Assembly (NCBI GenBank): GCA_963666835.2
Contig: CAXXGO010000006.1
Span: 1,024,001 to 1,088,000, forward strand
Source: Phycisphaerae bacterium
Lineage (GTDB): Bacteria > Planctomycetota > Phycisphaerae > UBA1845
Direction: 5' to 3'
DNA: 64,000 bases
Shown: positions 31,293 through 43,192 of the stretch, piece by piece
Layout: each line of letters begins with the position of its first letter
Position numbering within the stretch: the stretch's first letter is position 1
Made by a program: the position numbers and the translations under genes
The notes under the pieces: generated by a model
What the model was told of the DNA's origin: nothing
Seen by the model: only the letters and a program-made list of their open reading frames with translations
Databases searched by the model: none

Positions 31293-31853
31293 ATGGACCA
31301 GCGAGCAAGGATGTGTAAAACGCTGGCGTGTCTCGTCGCGGCGATGACGGGCACGACGCTATTACTCGGGTGGATGGACCCGTCGCAATCGCTCACGCGC
31401 GCGACCCCCACCCCCGCCGAGATGGTGCGACTGGCTCGAACCGTGGTCGACGCCGACCTCGGAGGATACGACGGGCACTGGACCGAGATCGAGGTCGTCA
31501 CCGGGCGTCCGCGGTCGTCGGCGATGCTGGCCGCCGGGGCGAGGCCGCGTGATTGCCACTTCTTTGTGGGTTGCGACGGCTGCCCGCTCAGGGCTCGCTA
31601 CTGGCGGGACCAGCAGGCTCTGATCGACGCTCCGCAGACCGTACGGATCGAGGTCGCCCAACCGCTAGGCGGCGAGATCTCCTTCGCGCAGAAGCTATGC
31701 GTCAACGCGCTGATCACTGCCTTGAACGAGACCCTGATCCCGGAAGGCGGACTGCTTTCCGTACACCTGCCCCAAGATTGGGCTGCCCGGTCGCCCGACC
31801 AGCAAGCTCCCCCCGCATCCGGCACTCCTCTACTGGGCTACGCGATCGATTAG
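31293..31853 (+). CDS. Hypothetical exported protein (possibly a degenerate amidase-like fold)
   Basis: N-terminal hydrophobic anchor; coding-like composition; fold guess is weak. Confidence 0.6.
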   Translation: MDQRARMCKTLACLVAAMTGTTLLLGWMDPSQSLTRATPTPAEMVRLARTVVDADLGGYDGHWTEIEVVTGRPRSSAMLAAGARPRDCHFFVGCDGCPLRARYWRDQQALIDAPQTVRIEVAQPLGGEISFAQKLCVNALITALNETLIPEGGLLSVHLPQDWAARSPDQQAPPASGTPLLGYAID

Positions 31854-31857
31854 CAAA

Positions 31858-32295
31858 GTAGGGCACGGTCGAGGCACGAGACCTGCCGCAACGGCGCGCA
31901 TCGCGCGAAGATCTCGTAGGGCACGGTCGAGGCACGAGACCTGCCGCAACGGCGCGCATCGCGCGAGGATCTCGTAGGGCACGGTCGAGGCACGAGACCT
32001 GCCGCAATGGCGCGCATCGCGCGAAGATCTCGTAGGGCACGGTCGAGGCACGAGACCTGCCGCAACGGCGCGCATCGCGCGAAGATCTCGTAGGGCACGG
32101 TCGAGGCACGAGACCTGCCGCAATGGCGCGCATCGCGCGAAGATCTCGTAGGGCACGGTCGAGGCACGAGACCTGCCGCAACGGCGCGCATCGCGCGAAG
32201 ATCTCGTAGGGCACGGTCGAGGCACGAGACCTGCCGCAACGGCGCGCATCGCGCGAAGATCTCGTAGGGCACGGTCGAGGCACGAGACCTGCCGC
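31858..32295 (+). repeat. 58-bp tandem GTAG-REP array (7 full units plus one core)
   Basis: Units at 31858, 31916, 31974, 32032, 32090, 32148, 32206 and 32264 are nearly identical. Confidence 0.95.
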
Positions 32296-32489
32296 TATAC
32301 GGTGCCACACACTGTAGGCAGGATGCCTGCGCCACAAGCTCCGCGGACCACGTCGTCGACCTGCCTTCGCAGTTCCCCGGAATGTAGCGCCAGGGCTTGT
32401 CCCTGGCGTGGAAGCCCGATGAACAATCCGGGCTATGCGTGCCTCGTCCTTGCGCAGCGAGAGTGGGGGACCGGTGGCCAATGCCGTAA

Positions 32490-32760
32490 TACCCGGCCGA
32501 CAAGCATGGCCACGCCGAACCGGGTCGAGGTTCCGGTGTTCCTTCGCGCGTGGCCATGGCACCCGGCGGTTTGCGGCTATTCGGGCGATCCCTGAAACCG
32601 TCCGCCGGCCCTTCGGGACACCCCGTAGCGTAGGCTCCCAGCCTGCCTCGAGGTCCGCCCTCCTCCGGCCCTTCGGGACGGGAGCACGTGGGGAGCAACC
32701 TCACCCACGGGTTCCGCTTCGCTCCACCCGTGGCTACATGCCTATGTCCCTTCGGGACAG
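32490..32760. repeat. Mixed REP cluster
   Basis: CATGGCCACGC..GCGTGGCCATG unit also at ~33500-33570; CCACGGGTTCCGCT..CACCCGTGG unit also at ~9060 and ~9610. Confidence 0.75.
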
Positions 32761-32928
32761 TTGCCCGCATGGCGGCCTGACAAGGTTAGTACCATTGGGC
32801 TTTGCCCCACGCTTTCTGGAGTTGCTTGCCTTAACCGGCGGAGCCCAACCTACCATGCTTCGCTCTTGTTGAGTGGGCACCCGCGCCGAGTTGTGCGGGA
32901 TATTTTCATATCATCCACCGAGTTACAC

Positions 32929-32957
32929 TTGACATGCCGACGTGGGTGTGGTAGTAT
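32929..32957 (+). promoter_or_regulatory. Strong sigma70-like promoter upstream of the Rhs locus
   Basis: TTGACA-N17-TAGTAT with extended -10 TG. Confidence 0.6.
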
Positions 32958-33720
32958 ATGCATATAGGCACGATTAGGTCGGGGGATTCAATCCCTATCC
33001 TGCGTGGCATATCGTTTTTGTGAAGGTTGTCTGGCCGGTCGGGTCGGTCGTTGGTGACATATAAGGTGCGCAAACGCTCAAGGTGCGCGCGATCATTGAA
33101 TGCGCTTCGGGCGCAAGGCGCTGCCCGTGCGCCGTCTTTTCGTTGCTTCGAGTACCCGCACGCCATTCCCGCCGCGGGCAAGGCCGTGCTACTGCCGCGT
33201 TGCTTCAATCACGGCCTTGTCGTTTACGCGGCGGGATGGTTGCGGGAGTGCCGCTCGAAGACCGTTGTGTTCACTAGGTGTAGGGGTGTTGTGGCGACGG
33301 CGTGGCGCTGTTGTCTCTTTGCTGTGGCGCGAGAAGAAGATTTTGACGAGAAGGGGATTTTCCATGAGCGCGCCGAGCGCAGTTTTCGTTTAGATGGTAT
33401 AGGAGGTGGACGGGAGAATGCACGGGTCTGCACTGTCGCCGATTCGAACACACACGACGCCTACGCGATTGCCCAGTGCAGCGTCGATGCTGCAGTACTC
33501 TGCCGACAAGCATGGCCACGCCGAAGCGGGTCGAGGTTGCAGCTTTCCTTCGCGCGTGGCCATGGCACCCAGCATCCCTCGTCGCTGTCGCGTGGCAGCA
33601 GTCCCGATACACAAGTTTCAGGTCATTCACATCTGCCGCCGTTGGGATTCGGCGGTCTTTTGGCTTCAGGCTCGCGGCCAATCAATCGCGGGCCGGGCTC
33701 TTTCTTGGAGATAAGGAGTA

Positions 33721-36700
33721 ATGAAGAAGAAGCATCACAGAGGCGATCGGAGCAGGCGCGGCGATCTCGCCGCGGGACGGAGGCCTTCAACCGGTGCAAC
33801 GCCGGCGACAACTCTCTTGGAGGGCCGATCCGGCAAAACGCCCATTCCCGGCCCAAGCGGGGCCAACCGCCGCTGGGCTCGCCTGCTGATCGGCGGAGCC
33901 CTCGTAACCGCCGCGGTGGCGGTGGCCGTGGTGGTTGTTTCGACCAGCTATCCGGGCGGGGATGCCAACAAGGCCGCGGCGGAGGTTCTTCCGCCCGATC
34001 CGCTGGATAACCCCTTCTCGGTCGAGCCGATCGAGCCGACGCCGCACGTGTCGTGCAATCCGGTGGCCCAGCCGGGGGCGCCCAGGCCGTGGGAGGCGGG
34101 CATCTCGGTCTCGCCCTACTCCACGATGAACGCGGTCAACCGAAACGTTCTTACGGTGATTCCGATTGTCAGTTGGTCGGGCGTCGGGCCGGACGTGTCA
34201 TTTTCGCTCTATCACAATTCGGCGAACTTCGATTCCGAGCTCGATCTCACCCGCGGAATGGGCTTTCGAATCCGACCAGATTGGACGACTTCCTATAGCA
34301 CGCAGATTGTCGATATGGAGACGCTCGGGAAACTGGTGATCGCCGACGACGGAACGCAGGATCTGTACACTCCGAACGGTGAGGGTTGGGATGCCCCTCC
34401 GGGCGTGCATGATGTCCTCACGTTCGATGGAATCAACTACACCCTGAAGCACAAGGATCAGTCGTACCATTCGTTCGATGCCGACGGGCTCCTGGTGGCC
34501 GTGGTCGACGCCGTGGGCAACACCCTGGAGATCGAACGGGACGCGAGTGGACAGATGACCGCGATCAAGGACGCCGCTGACCGCAAGCTGGAATTCGGTG
34601 TTTCGGAGTTCGATTACTTGATGACCATTACCGATCCCATCGAACCCGGGGATGATGGTGATGTTATCAGCGAACGGGTGTGGCAGATCTGTTCGGAGAA
34701 CTGGGGCAAATTCCACGGCGTTACGGATCCCATGGGTTACTTCATATCCATCGAGCGTGACGCCGATGGGCGGATCGACGAAATCAGCGATAAGCACGTT
34801 CCGGAGTCGGGGTACACCGCCCCGAAATACGTCTTCGAGTACGTCGAAGCCGGCAACGTCGATCGAGCCGCGTTGCTGCGCGTGGTTGACCCGCTCGGCG
34901 TTTACCAGGAGTTCTCCAGCCGCTCTATGGTGGACTTCCACGGGGCGATGACCCACACCGACGATCACGGGCACGATTGGTCGTACGAGTACACGTGCGA
35001 GTATCCGGTCTAACCCGCCTATGGCGAGGCGATAACGAACGGTCCGCTCACCGCCATTGAGAACCCGCTCGGCGAGCGGCAATCCTACGAGTGGGACGAC
35101 GACCGCAACAAGACGGTCCAACGCGATGCTCTCGGAAACGAGTGGACACAGGAATACGATGATCGGGGCAACATGACCAAGGCCACCGACCCGCTTGGGC
35201 ACGAACGAAATTGGGAGTACGACGAATACAACAACGTCAGATATCATTGGTATTACACGGACTGGATGCAGAGTCACTGGGTGATAACGGACTACGATCA
35301 ACCGGGTTACCCCACGCTGCCGACGCGGCGCGCCGAGAGCCCCGCGGGCGTCGAGGACGCAGAGACGTTCTTCACATACTACCTGCAAGATCCGCCGGGA
35401 TTCGAGGACGGTGCCCACCGGCACGGCCTGCCCAAGACCGTTACGGACCCGAACGGGGTGGTGACGACCTTTGACTACGACGAGTGGGGCCAGCCGAGCT
35501 TCTATGCCGAGGGGGACACAGCAACATCGGGTGACCCGTCTTACGTCTACCGGCTGTATTCGTCCAATGATTCAGGATCACGCCCGAACATCGTCGCACC
35601 GGCCGGTCCCGGGCCGAGGGATCCGAGCGACAAGAGCTCGCTTCCCGCGGGGGGCGGGGCCATGACACACAACGCGAACAGCTACACGACGAGCAGCAGT
35701 TGTCGCTTCGCGTGCAAGGGAACGTGTCCCCCGGCGGGCGACTTTGCCCCACCGGACGGGTTCCCGCGCATTCCGGGTTTGGCGGTCAGTCCGACGCTCG
35801 ATTATCATTTTCTTGACTGGAAGGCTGAGTATTCGCCCAAAGGCGAGTTGCTGAACTGGTGGGTACCCGAGCCGGATTCCGTCACCCACTCGACGACCGG
35901 TCGGCACTTTCGAATGATGGAATACAACGACGTCGGTGAGCTGGAGGAGATCACCGTCGCCCGCGAGGCTTGGGGGATGGCACACCCTCGCACCTTCACG
36001 TACGATCGTGAGCGTGTTCAAGTGTCCGGCGGGCCGACTAACTGGCACAGGTACACCGGTAAGCAGACTCGGGGCGGCCCGGATGGGACGGAGACTGTCA
36101 CGCAACTCGACGCCGCCGGGCGGGTTGAGTCGGTTTTGCGGCGGCGGGTGGACACGGGCGGAGTGTTGCTTCGGGCCGAGTATTCGTATTATGCCAACGG
36201 GCAGCTTCGCCAGGTTCGATTCAGTAACGATGCGACGGTCGAATACAGCTACGACGCGGCCGGGCGGATTACGGCAATCACGCACCGCGACTACCTCGAT
36301 TACATCATGTTGCGGCTGAGTTATGAATACGATCCGCACGACGCTCGTGGACTGCCGACCAGGATCACGGAGGAAGAAGATACGCTGTACGGTCGGGTGA
36401 CCAAGGCGGTGACGACGTTTCGCTACGACGGAGCGGGGCGGCTGGTCCGCGAGACGCGGGTGGCGAATACGTTATCGTCGTATGATCTGGTTTACACGTA
36501 CGACCTGGGCGGGAATCGGCTGAGCACGATCGACGAGGTGAACGAGGTCGAGACGGTTTATCATCATGACGTCGAGGACGAGGCGGATTATGTGTACGGC
36601 AGCGCCAATAATCGCCTAATGTACTTCGAGACGTTTGACACGAGCGCGCACGGGCACGAGCTCGTCTCGACAACGTATTATTACTACAACGACTACGGCA

Positions 36701-37752
36701 ACATCACGCGGAAGGTGACGCGGCTTGCCAATCCGGAGCCTGGAGAGCGGGAGTATCAAGCGACGTACCTGAGGTACGCGACGAACGGGCAGGCCGTGAC
36801 GTATCTGCTGGGCGAGGAATGGGATTGGAACGGGAATCCACTCGCCGAGGTCACGAATTATGCGGTGACTTTCGGCCGGGAGTTCTGGTATGATGGCGCC
36901 CGGCAGCGATTCCTGAATCGCGAGTTTGATCCGGTCGAATTGACGGGTGACAACATGGTCGTGCTATCCGAAACGTGGTCGGATTATGCGGGCGACAACA
37001 TCTACGCGGATTTCACGCTTAATGGGTCGGACGTGACTATCGCGCAGATCCACGAGCCGGGCATCGGGAAGATGGAGACTCCGTTTGACGTTCCCGAGTC
37101 GGCCTACTACCACGCCGACCACATCGGCACGACCCGTCTGCTCGGCTGGAGCGACTTCTTCGAACCGCGCGACCCGGCCGTGTACACCGCGTTCGGTAGC
37201 TTGGTATCCGGCACGAACCACCGCTACGGCTACGCCGGCAAACACGGCTACCAAGCCCACGCCGACACCCCCTTCCTCCACGTCGGAGCCCGTTACTACG
37301 ACCCGGACACGGGCCGGTTCCTGCAGCGGGATCCGATTGGGATTGGCGGGGGGATGAATGTGTATGCGTATGTGTACAACAACCCAGTGTCACAGACTGA
37401 CCCGAGTGGACATGGATGGTTCGATATTAAGGTATGGGGTGCCAAGGTCTACCTTTTGGCAACCGGTGGTCGGACGTCGTGGCTGGATAATCCTTTGAGT
37501 GTGCAAAGTGCGCAACGTAGAATGCAGGGTCTCGGCGCGGGCTTGGTTCTCGCCTGTGCTTTTCCGGTTGCCGCTCCATATGCTGCTGTGGCCTGGGGAG
37601 GGGCTCGCGTTGGCGGAATAAGTACTGGGAGTCGAGCAGTGGATGACTATCTGGATGGAGGTGCCTTGGGTGCCGGAATAGCAACGCTTCCCAAGATACC
37701 CTTCGCGCCAAAACACGGGATGCTCAAGCCACCGCTGGGAGGTCCGCTTTGA
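33721..37752 (+). pseudogene. Full-length Rhs/YD-repeat toxin gene interrupted by one in-frame TAA (35011-35013)
   Basis: AAGGAG RBS; N-terminal TM; YD repeats continue in frame through the stop; core [20 protein letters not shown] followed by a hydrophobic tip. Confidence 0.85.
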
Positions 37753-37824
37753 CCATAGTGCTGTCTGTTATTGCGTTAGAAGGACCTATTCTCCCAGACG
37801 GCCTACTGACAGAAGGAGTATGCT

Positions 37825-38589
37825 ATGGTTATTGAGTTTATAAGGAAGCCTCATTTATGGGGATTCCGTGACCCGCTTTGTTGTTTCGATGCTTTCCAGT
37901 TCATCGCCTACTACGGTGGCGTGTGCTACCTTTTTGGCCCCCTGTTTGTCGGTACCAACGCCAGCGGGATATGGGTCATGGCTATTCTCGCCCCCTTTGC
38001 CATCGGCCCCTGCTTCTGGCTGCGCGAGAGACTGTTGGATCGTCGCGCGCGCGAGGGGCCTGGGACGTTGCCGGACTGCATCTTAGCTTCGTTCAAGATC
38101 GCGGGGCGGGCAGCCCAGATGCAACGAGTTCTGGCACGGCAGCTGCCTCGGAAGCCGGATGGCTGGCGTTTTCGCACCGGGCTCACGTCTGCGCAGCACG
38201 CCGCGCTTCTGGCGGTTGTCTTGGTCGTCTTGCCGGGAATGCGGTTGCTGGAGTGCTCACCGGTAACGCTTTCACTGGTTTGTCTCGGTGCCGATGTGAC
38301 ACTTCTGCTTCAGTACGCTTTCGAAAGGCACGCATACATCGTCCGAGGTGGATCATTAATCGTGGAGCGTCGTAACAGACTGATCGTTACTGCAAGTCGG
38401 GTCATACCGCTAAGTGCGGCGGCCGTGGAAGCCGATTTGGCGGAGGGCATCTTGAGGATACGTACGACCGAGGAGACAATGTCGATCGATCTGCGGAGTA
38501 TTCTCAACCCGCATGGCCTCCTGAGCGCAGTTCTGAGCGCACGGATCGAAACGGAGGTCGAGCTAGGTGCGGTGGAAGCCTGCGTTTAG
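37825..38589 (+). CDS. Putative immunity membrane protein for CT1
   Basis: AAGGAG RBS; directly after the Rhs tip; ~4 TM segments. Confidence 0.7.
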   Translation: MVIEFIRKPHLWGFRDPLCCFDAFQFIAYYGGVCYLFGPLFVGTNASGIWVMAILAPFAIGPCFWLRERLLDRRAREGPGTLPDCILASFKIAGRAAQMQRVLARQLPRKPDGWRFRTGLTSAQHAALLAVVLVVLPGMRLLECSPVTLSLVCLGADVTLLLQYAFERHAYIVRGGSLIVERRNRLIVTASRVIPLSAAAVEADLAEGILRIRTTEETMSIDLRSILNPHGLLSAVLSARIETEVELGAVEACV

Positions 38590-38695
38590 ATCGCAGATAC
38601 GGTCGGCAGTCGCTTTGACGGTCGACCACAGTTACTGCATTCGTGCCACCTCGCGGCACCGAGCGGGTTGATCCGTTCGGTGCCGCGGGTGGTTT

Positions 38696-40510
38696 GTGGT
38701 TCGCGCATTCACGTACGATCGCGAGCGGGTCATGGCCGCAGCGGGATCGTTGTTCTATTGGTGGAAGTACACCGGCAAGCAGACTCGGGTCGGGCCGGAT
38801 GGGGCGGAGACTGTCACGCAGCTCGACGCGGCCGGGCGGGTTGAGTCGGTTTTGCGGCGGCGGGCAGACACCGGCGCGACGCTGCTGAATGCCGAGTATT
38901 CGTACTATGCCAACGGGCAGCTTCGCCGGGTCGATTATGCCAACAGCGCGGCCGTCGAGTACGCGTACGACGCGGCCGGGCGGATTACGGCGATCAATCA
39001 CCTGAACGCCGCCGGTCAGATCATGTTGCGGCTGAATTACGAATACGATCCGTATGACGTCCGCGGGCTGCCGATTATGATCACGGAAGAACAAGACACG
39101 CTGGCCGGCACGGTGACGACGGCCGTGACGACGTTTGAGTATGACGGGCTGGGACGGCTGAAACACGAGACGCGGGTTGGCGATCCGGCGTCGTCCTATG
39201 ATCTGGCGTACACCCACGACGCGGGTGGGAATCGGCTGAGCACGATCGACGAGGTGAACCACGTCGAGACGGTGTATCATTACGACGTCGAGGACGAGGC
39301 GGAGTACGTCTACGACAGCTTCAATAACCGTTTGATGTATTTCGAGACGTTCGATACGAGCGGTGCCGAGGCTGAGCTGGTCTCGACCACGTACTACTTC
39401 TACAACGATTACGGGAACGTCACGCGGAAGGTGACGGAGTTGGCGGACCCCGAGCCGGGCGAGAAGAAGTATCGTTCGACGTATCTCAAGTACGCGACGA
39501 ACGGGCACGCCGTGACGTATCTCGTGGGCGAGGAGTGGACCTATCCGGAGTCGGATTATGCGGTGACGTTTGCCCGGGAGTTCTGGTATGATGGTGCCCG
39601 GCAAAGGTTCTTGAATCGCGAGTTTGATCCGGTCGCGTTGACGGGTGACAACATGGTCGTGCTATCCGAAACGTGGTCGGATTATGCGGGCGACAGCATC
39701 TATGCGGATTTCACGCTTAACGGGTCGACGTTGACCGTGCCGCGGATCTACGAGCCCGGTATCGGCAAGGTGGAAGACCCGTTTGGCACCTTCGATCGAG
39801 CGTACTACCACGCTGATCATATCGGCACGACGCGGCTGCTCGGCTGGAGCGACTTCTTCGAACCGCGCGACTCGGCCGTGTACACCGCCTTCGGTAGCTT
39901 GGTCACCGGCACAAACCACCGCTACGGCTACGCCGGCAAACACGGCTACCAGGCCCACGCCGAAACCCCCTTCCTCCACCTCGGAGCCCGCTACTACGAC
40001 CCGGACACGGGCCGGTTCTTGCAGCGGGATCCGATCGGGATATTCGGCGGACTGGATGTGTATGAGTATTGCTCCAGCAATCCGGTGGCCTCGATCGATC
40101 CGAGTGGAAACGGGAACTTCGGCAGCCTCAATGGCGATGCGCAGTATCGTAGTTGGCGTGAACAGGGTTACTCACCGTCCAGCGCCAGCAGGCAAATGGA
40201 ACGCATGGCACCCGATGAGTTCAAGGCCGGACTGATGGTCGGTGTAGGTCTCGGAACGGCCATGGCGGCGTGGTACGCGGCGCCTTACATCGCCAGCGCG
40301 GCAGCTGCTGCGCCAGGGGTCGTCGCCGGTGGTGCTCGGGCCGTCGCCAGCGGTGCTAGAGCGGCGGGCCCCGCTATCGCATGCGGCGCAAGGGCAGCTT
40401 GGCCGTATGTTCGACGAGCAGGAGCGTCGGGACTGAGTGAATTCTGGAAGGGGGCGGCCTGGACAGCCGGCGCGCTGGTGAGCGCCTATGCAGCGAGCCA
40501 GCTTCTTTAG
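38696..40510 (+). pseudogene. Orphan Rhs cassette 2 (3' core + CT2)
   Basis: Begins at [10 protein letters not shown] with no N-terminus or RBS; DPSG then a Gly/Ala-rich tip. Confidence 0.85.
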
Positions 40511-40541
40511 CAGGGTGGAAGCACGAAACGGAGAAACGCCA

Positions 40542-43188
40542 ATGAACAGTTGGTTCGTCCCGGGATGTGTTGCGGCGGTATTGCTATCTAGGCTGATTGG
40601 CGGGCGCCTATGTAAGCGGTTCGCCGATCGCATGTTCTCCACGGAGCTATCGCATTTTGGTGATGCTCGGGATAGGAAGGCAGCATTGGACAATGCGAAC
40701 CCGTTCAGCGCAAGCAAGTCCCTGTGGCGGTACCCGCTGCCCCTCGTGCAGGGGCTCGCCGCGGGGACGATCGCGACGCTTCTAGTCCTCCTGCTACGCA
40801 TTCCGAGCTCTGTCCCAGATGCACTTGCGTGGGGTTCGATCCTGTTTGTTATATTCGTTTTGACCATGTTGATTGAGCTATGGTCGGCCAGAAGGGCGAT
40901 CACTCGCGCGCTTCGCGAGCGACTGATTGCGGAGGGTACTATCGTTTGTCGTCGATGCGGCTACGATCTTCGCGGACAGATAGAGCAACGCTGCCCGGAG
41001 TGCGGGTGCGCCACGGAAAGCCTGGGAAAGGAGGATTGCGACATGGGTCCTTGATGACTGCATGAAACCTTTCGCCGGGACCCGGCAGGTATCCAATCCT
41101 GCCCGGCAAAGTAGACCGACAGCCGGAAGCGAGTCTTGCGTGGTGTACGGGTAACCTGCACTGCGAAGCGTAGACAGCGAGTGTGCAGGCCGTGTGATCG
41201 AGCCTCGAAAGAGGGCTATTCGTGGGAGCCGACGTCGTCCGCACTGTACGGAAGGCAGCATCGGATCGCCGCAATCGGTCTGGCGTATCCGATCCCACCG
41301 GGGTCTAAGAGCAGGGCATGTACACACGAGGGTCCCCCAGGAACGTGGGAGGTCCTGTCATCTCCACCCGGAACAAAGCGGCTTCGGGAGAGCCGGAGCC
41401 AATCTCCTGGCCCAGGGATCGGCGTCGGATTCCATGGGAGATACGAAGAGCCGGCGCTACGGGTGGTATTGCCAAGCGAAGGAAACGAAGTGCGGCGAAA
41501 CGGGTGGCAGGAAGTCGGAGTACCGAATAGTACCAAAGAACCGGGGGAATCCTACCCGTGGGAGACCCCGTGGAGGAAAGGCGGTACCGAATCATGGAAC
41601 CGTTAGAGGGACACACGCCGAACGCCCGGACGTTCGAGAGCGTGTCAACAAAACGACGGCGGATAGCGATGCGTGCGAAGCGAAGTCCGGAGATGAGCTT
41701 CACCACGTTAGCCCACCACATTGACTTAGCGTGGCTACGTTCTGCGTACGATCAGGTTCGCAAGGATGGAGCCCCCGGCGTCGACCGAGAGACGTCGGCC
41801 TCCTACGCAACGGATCTGAGGGCAAACCTCCAATCCCTGTTGGACCGTGCGAAGTCTGGGTTGTACAAAGCCCCGCCGGTGCGTCGGGTTCATATCCCGA
41901 AAGGCACCGGTGGCAAGACTCGGCCCATCGGCATTCCCACGTTCGAGGACAAGGTCCTGCAACGTGCGGTGGCGATGGTGCTGGAATCGATCTACGAGGA
42001 GGACTTTCTGGACTGCTCGTATGGCTTTCGCCCCGGACGCAGCGCCCATCAGGCGTTGGAGGCTTTGTACGAGCAGCAGAAAGCGACGCGGGCGGGGTGG
42101 ATTCTTGACGTGGATGTTCAGGGATTTTTCGATGCTCTGGATCATGCTCATCTTCGGGAGTTTCTCAAGCGACGGGTGCGAGATGGTGTACTGACACGAT
42201 TGATTGGTAAGTGGCTGAAAGCAGGCGTGCTGGAGGACGGACGGGTTACCCGCTCGACCACCGGCAGCCCGCAAGGGGGCGTGATCTCACCGATCCTGGC
42301 AAACGTCTATCTGCACTATGTGCTGGACGTTTGGTTTGAGCAGGAGGTGATCCCACGGCTCCACGGCCGGGCGTTTCTTATCCGCTATGCGGACGACTTC
42401 GTCATTGGGTTTTCCGATGAACGTGATGCCCATCGGGTGTTGGCGGTACTACCGAAGCGATTCAGTAAGTATGGCCTGACTGTTCATCCGGAGAAGACGC
42501 GATTGGTCCGGTTCAATCGGCCGAACGATCGCGACTCTACAGCCAAGGGCGATAGGCCGGAGTCGTTTGACTTTCTCGGCTTCACGCACCATTGGCGGAA
42601 GTCCTGGCGAGGGTACTGGGTTGTCTCTCGTAAGACGGCCTCTGATCGCCTGAGCCGCTCGCTCCGCAACATCTCGGCGTGGTGCCGTGACCATCGCCAC
42701 CTGAAGGTGCGCGAGCAGCATGCACGGCTCACGCAGAAGATACGCGGGCATTATGCCTACTACGGGATTACGGGTAATGGCAGTTCTCTGACAGCGTTCT
42801 GGGAGGGCGTCAAACGTGCGTGGCGGAAATGGCTTGGGCGAAGATCCCAACGCAGCTATTTCAACTGGGCAGCGTTTGTCCGCCTCATGGAGCGTTACCC
42901 GCTCCCCAAACCGGTCATCGTGCATTCAGTATACCACCGACAGCGAAACCAAGATTCGAGGAGCCGGATGCGGTAATTCCGCACGTCCGGATCTGTGGGG
43001 GGCCTGGGTGAGCAATCACCCAGGTCTACCCGACGAACGCGTTCGACATTCAGGCGATGATCGACAAGTCAGTTGAAGGGAAGACGGTGCTGGCGCCGGC
43101 GAGAGACGAAGAACAGTCGAGTGCCGATACAACCGATGGGCAAACAACGGGATCGAGTGACGGCTTGACGACCGACCATAGTGATTGA
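40542..43188 (+). CDS. Immunity-position TM + Zn-ribbon protein split by the intron (exons 40542-41005 and 43035-43188)
   Basis: Spliced product reads CRRCGYDLRGQIEQRCPECG|NAFDIQ..DHSD*, matching paralog 53576 (CPECGNPF). Confidence 0.8.
41006..43034 (+). mobile_element. Group II intron, 2029 nt
   Basis: 5' GTGCG; domain V GAGCCGGATGCGGTAATTCCGCACGTCCGGATC; 3' end CTACCCGAC; internal RT ORF. Confidence 0.92.
41594..42976 (+). CDS. ltrA: Group II intron reverse transcriptase/maturase without an endonuclease domain
   Basis: RPIGIPTFEDK, SYGFRPGRS, PQGGVISP, RYADD, FDFLGF; start uncertain. Confidence 0.95.
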   Translation: MEPLEGHTPNARTFESVSTKRRRIAMRAKRSPEMSFTTLAHHIDLAWLRSAYDQVRKDGAPGVDRETSASYATDLRANLQSLLDRAKSGLYKAPPVRRVHIPKGTGGKTRPIGIPTFEDKVLQRAVAMVLESIYEEDFLDCSYGFRPGRSAHQALEALYEQQKATRAGWILDVDVQGFFDALDHAHLREFLKRRVRDGVLTRLIGKWLKAGVLEDGRVTRSTTGSPQGGVISPILANVYLHYVLDVWFEQEVIPRLHGRAFLIRYADDFVIGFSDERDAHRVLAVLPKRFSKYGLTVHPEKTRLVRFNRPNDRDSTAKGDRPESFDFLGFTHHWRKSWRGYWVVSRKTASDRLSRSLRNISAWCRDHRHLKVREQHARLTQKIRGHYAYYGITGNGSSLTAFWEGVKRAWRKWLGRRSQRSYFNWAAFVRLMERYPLPKPVIVHSVYHRQRNQDSRSRMR

Positions 43189-43192
43189 GTGA

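Noticed and set aside
31858..32295. CRISPR array (30-nt repeat with 28-nt spacer look)
   Set aside because: The spacers are essentially identical, the core is a dispersed REP, and there are no cas genes.
33027..34010. 327-aa ORF upstream of Rhs
   Set aside because: Runs through a REP, overlaps Rhs out of frame, and lacks protein-like composition.
41594..42976. DGR or retron RT diversifying the Rhs cassettes
   Set aside because: It has canonical group II intron ends, domain V, YADD and a maturase region; no TR/VR pair with adenine-specific differences is visible.
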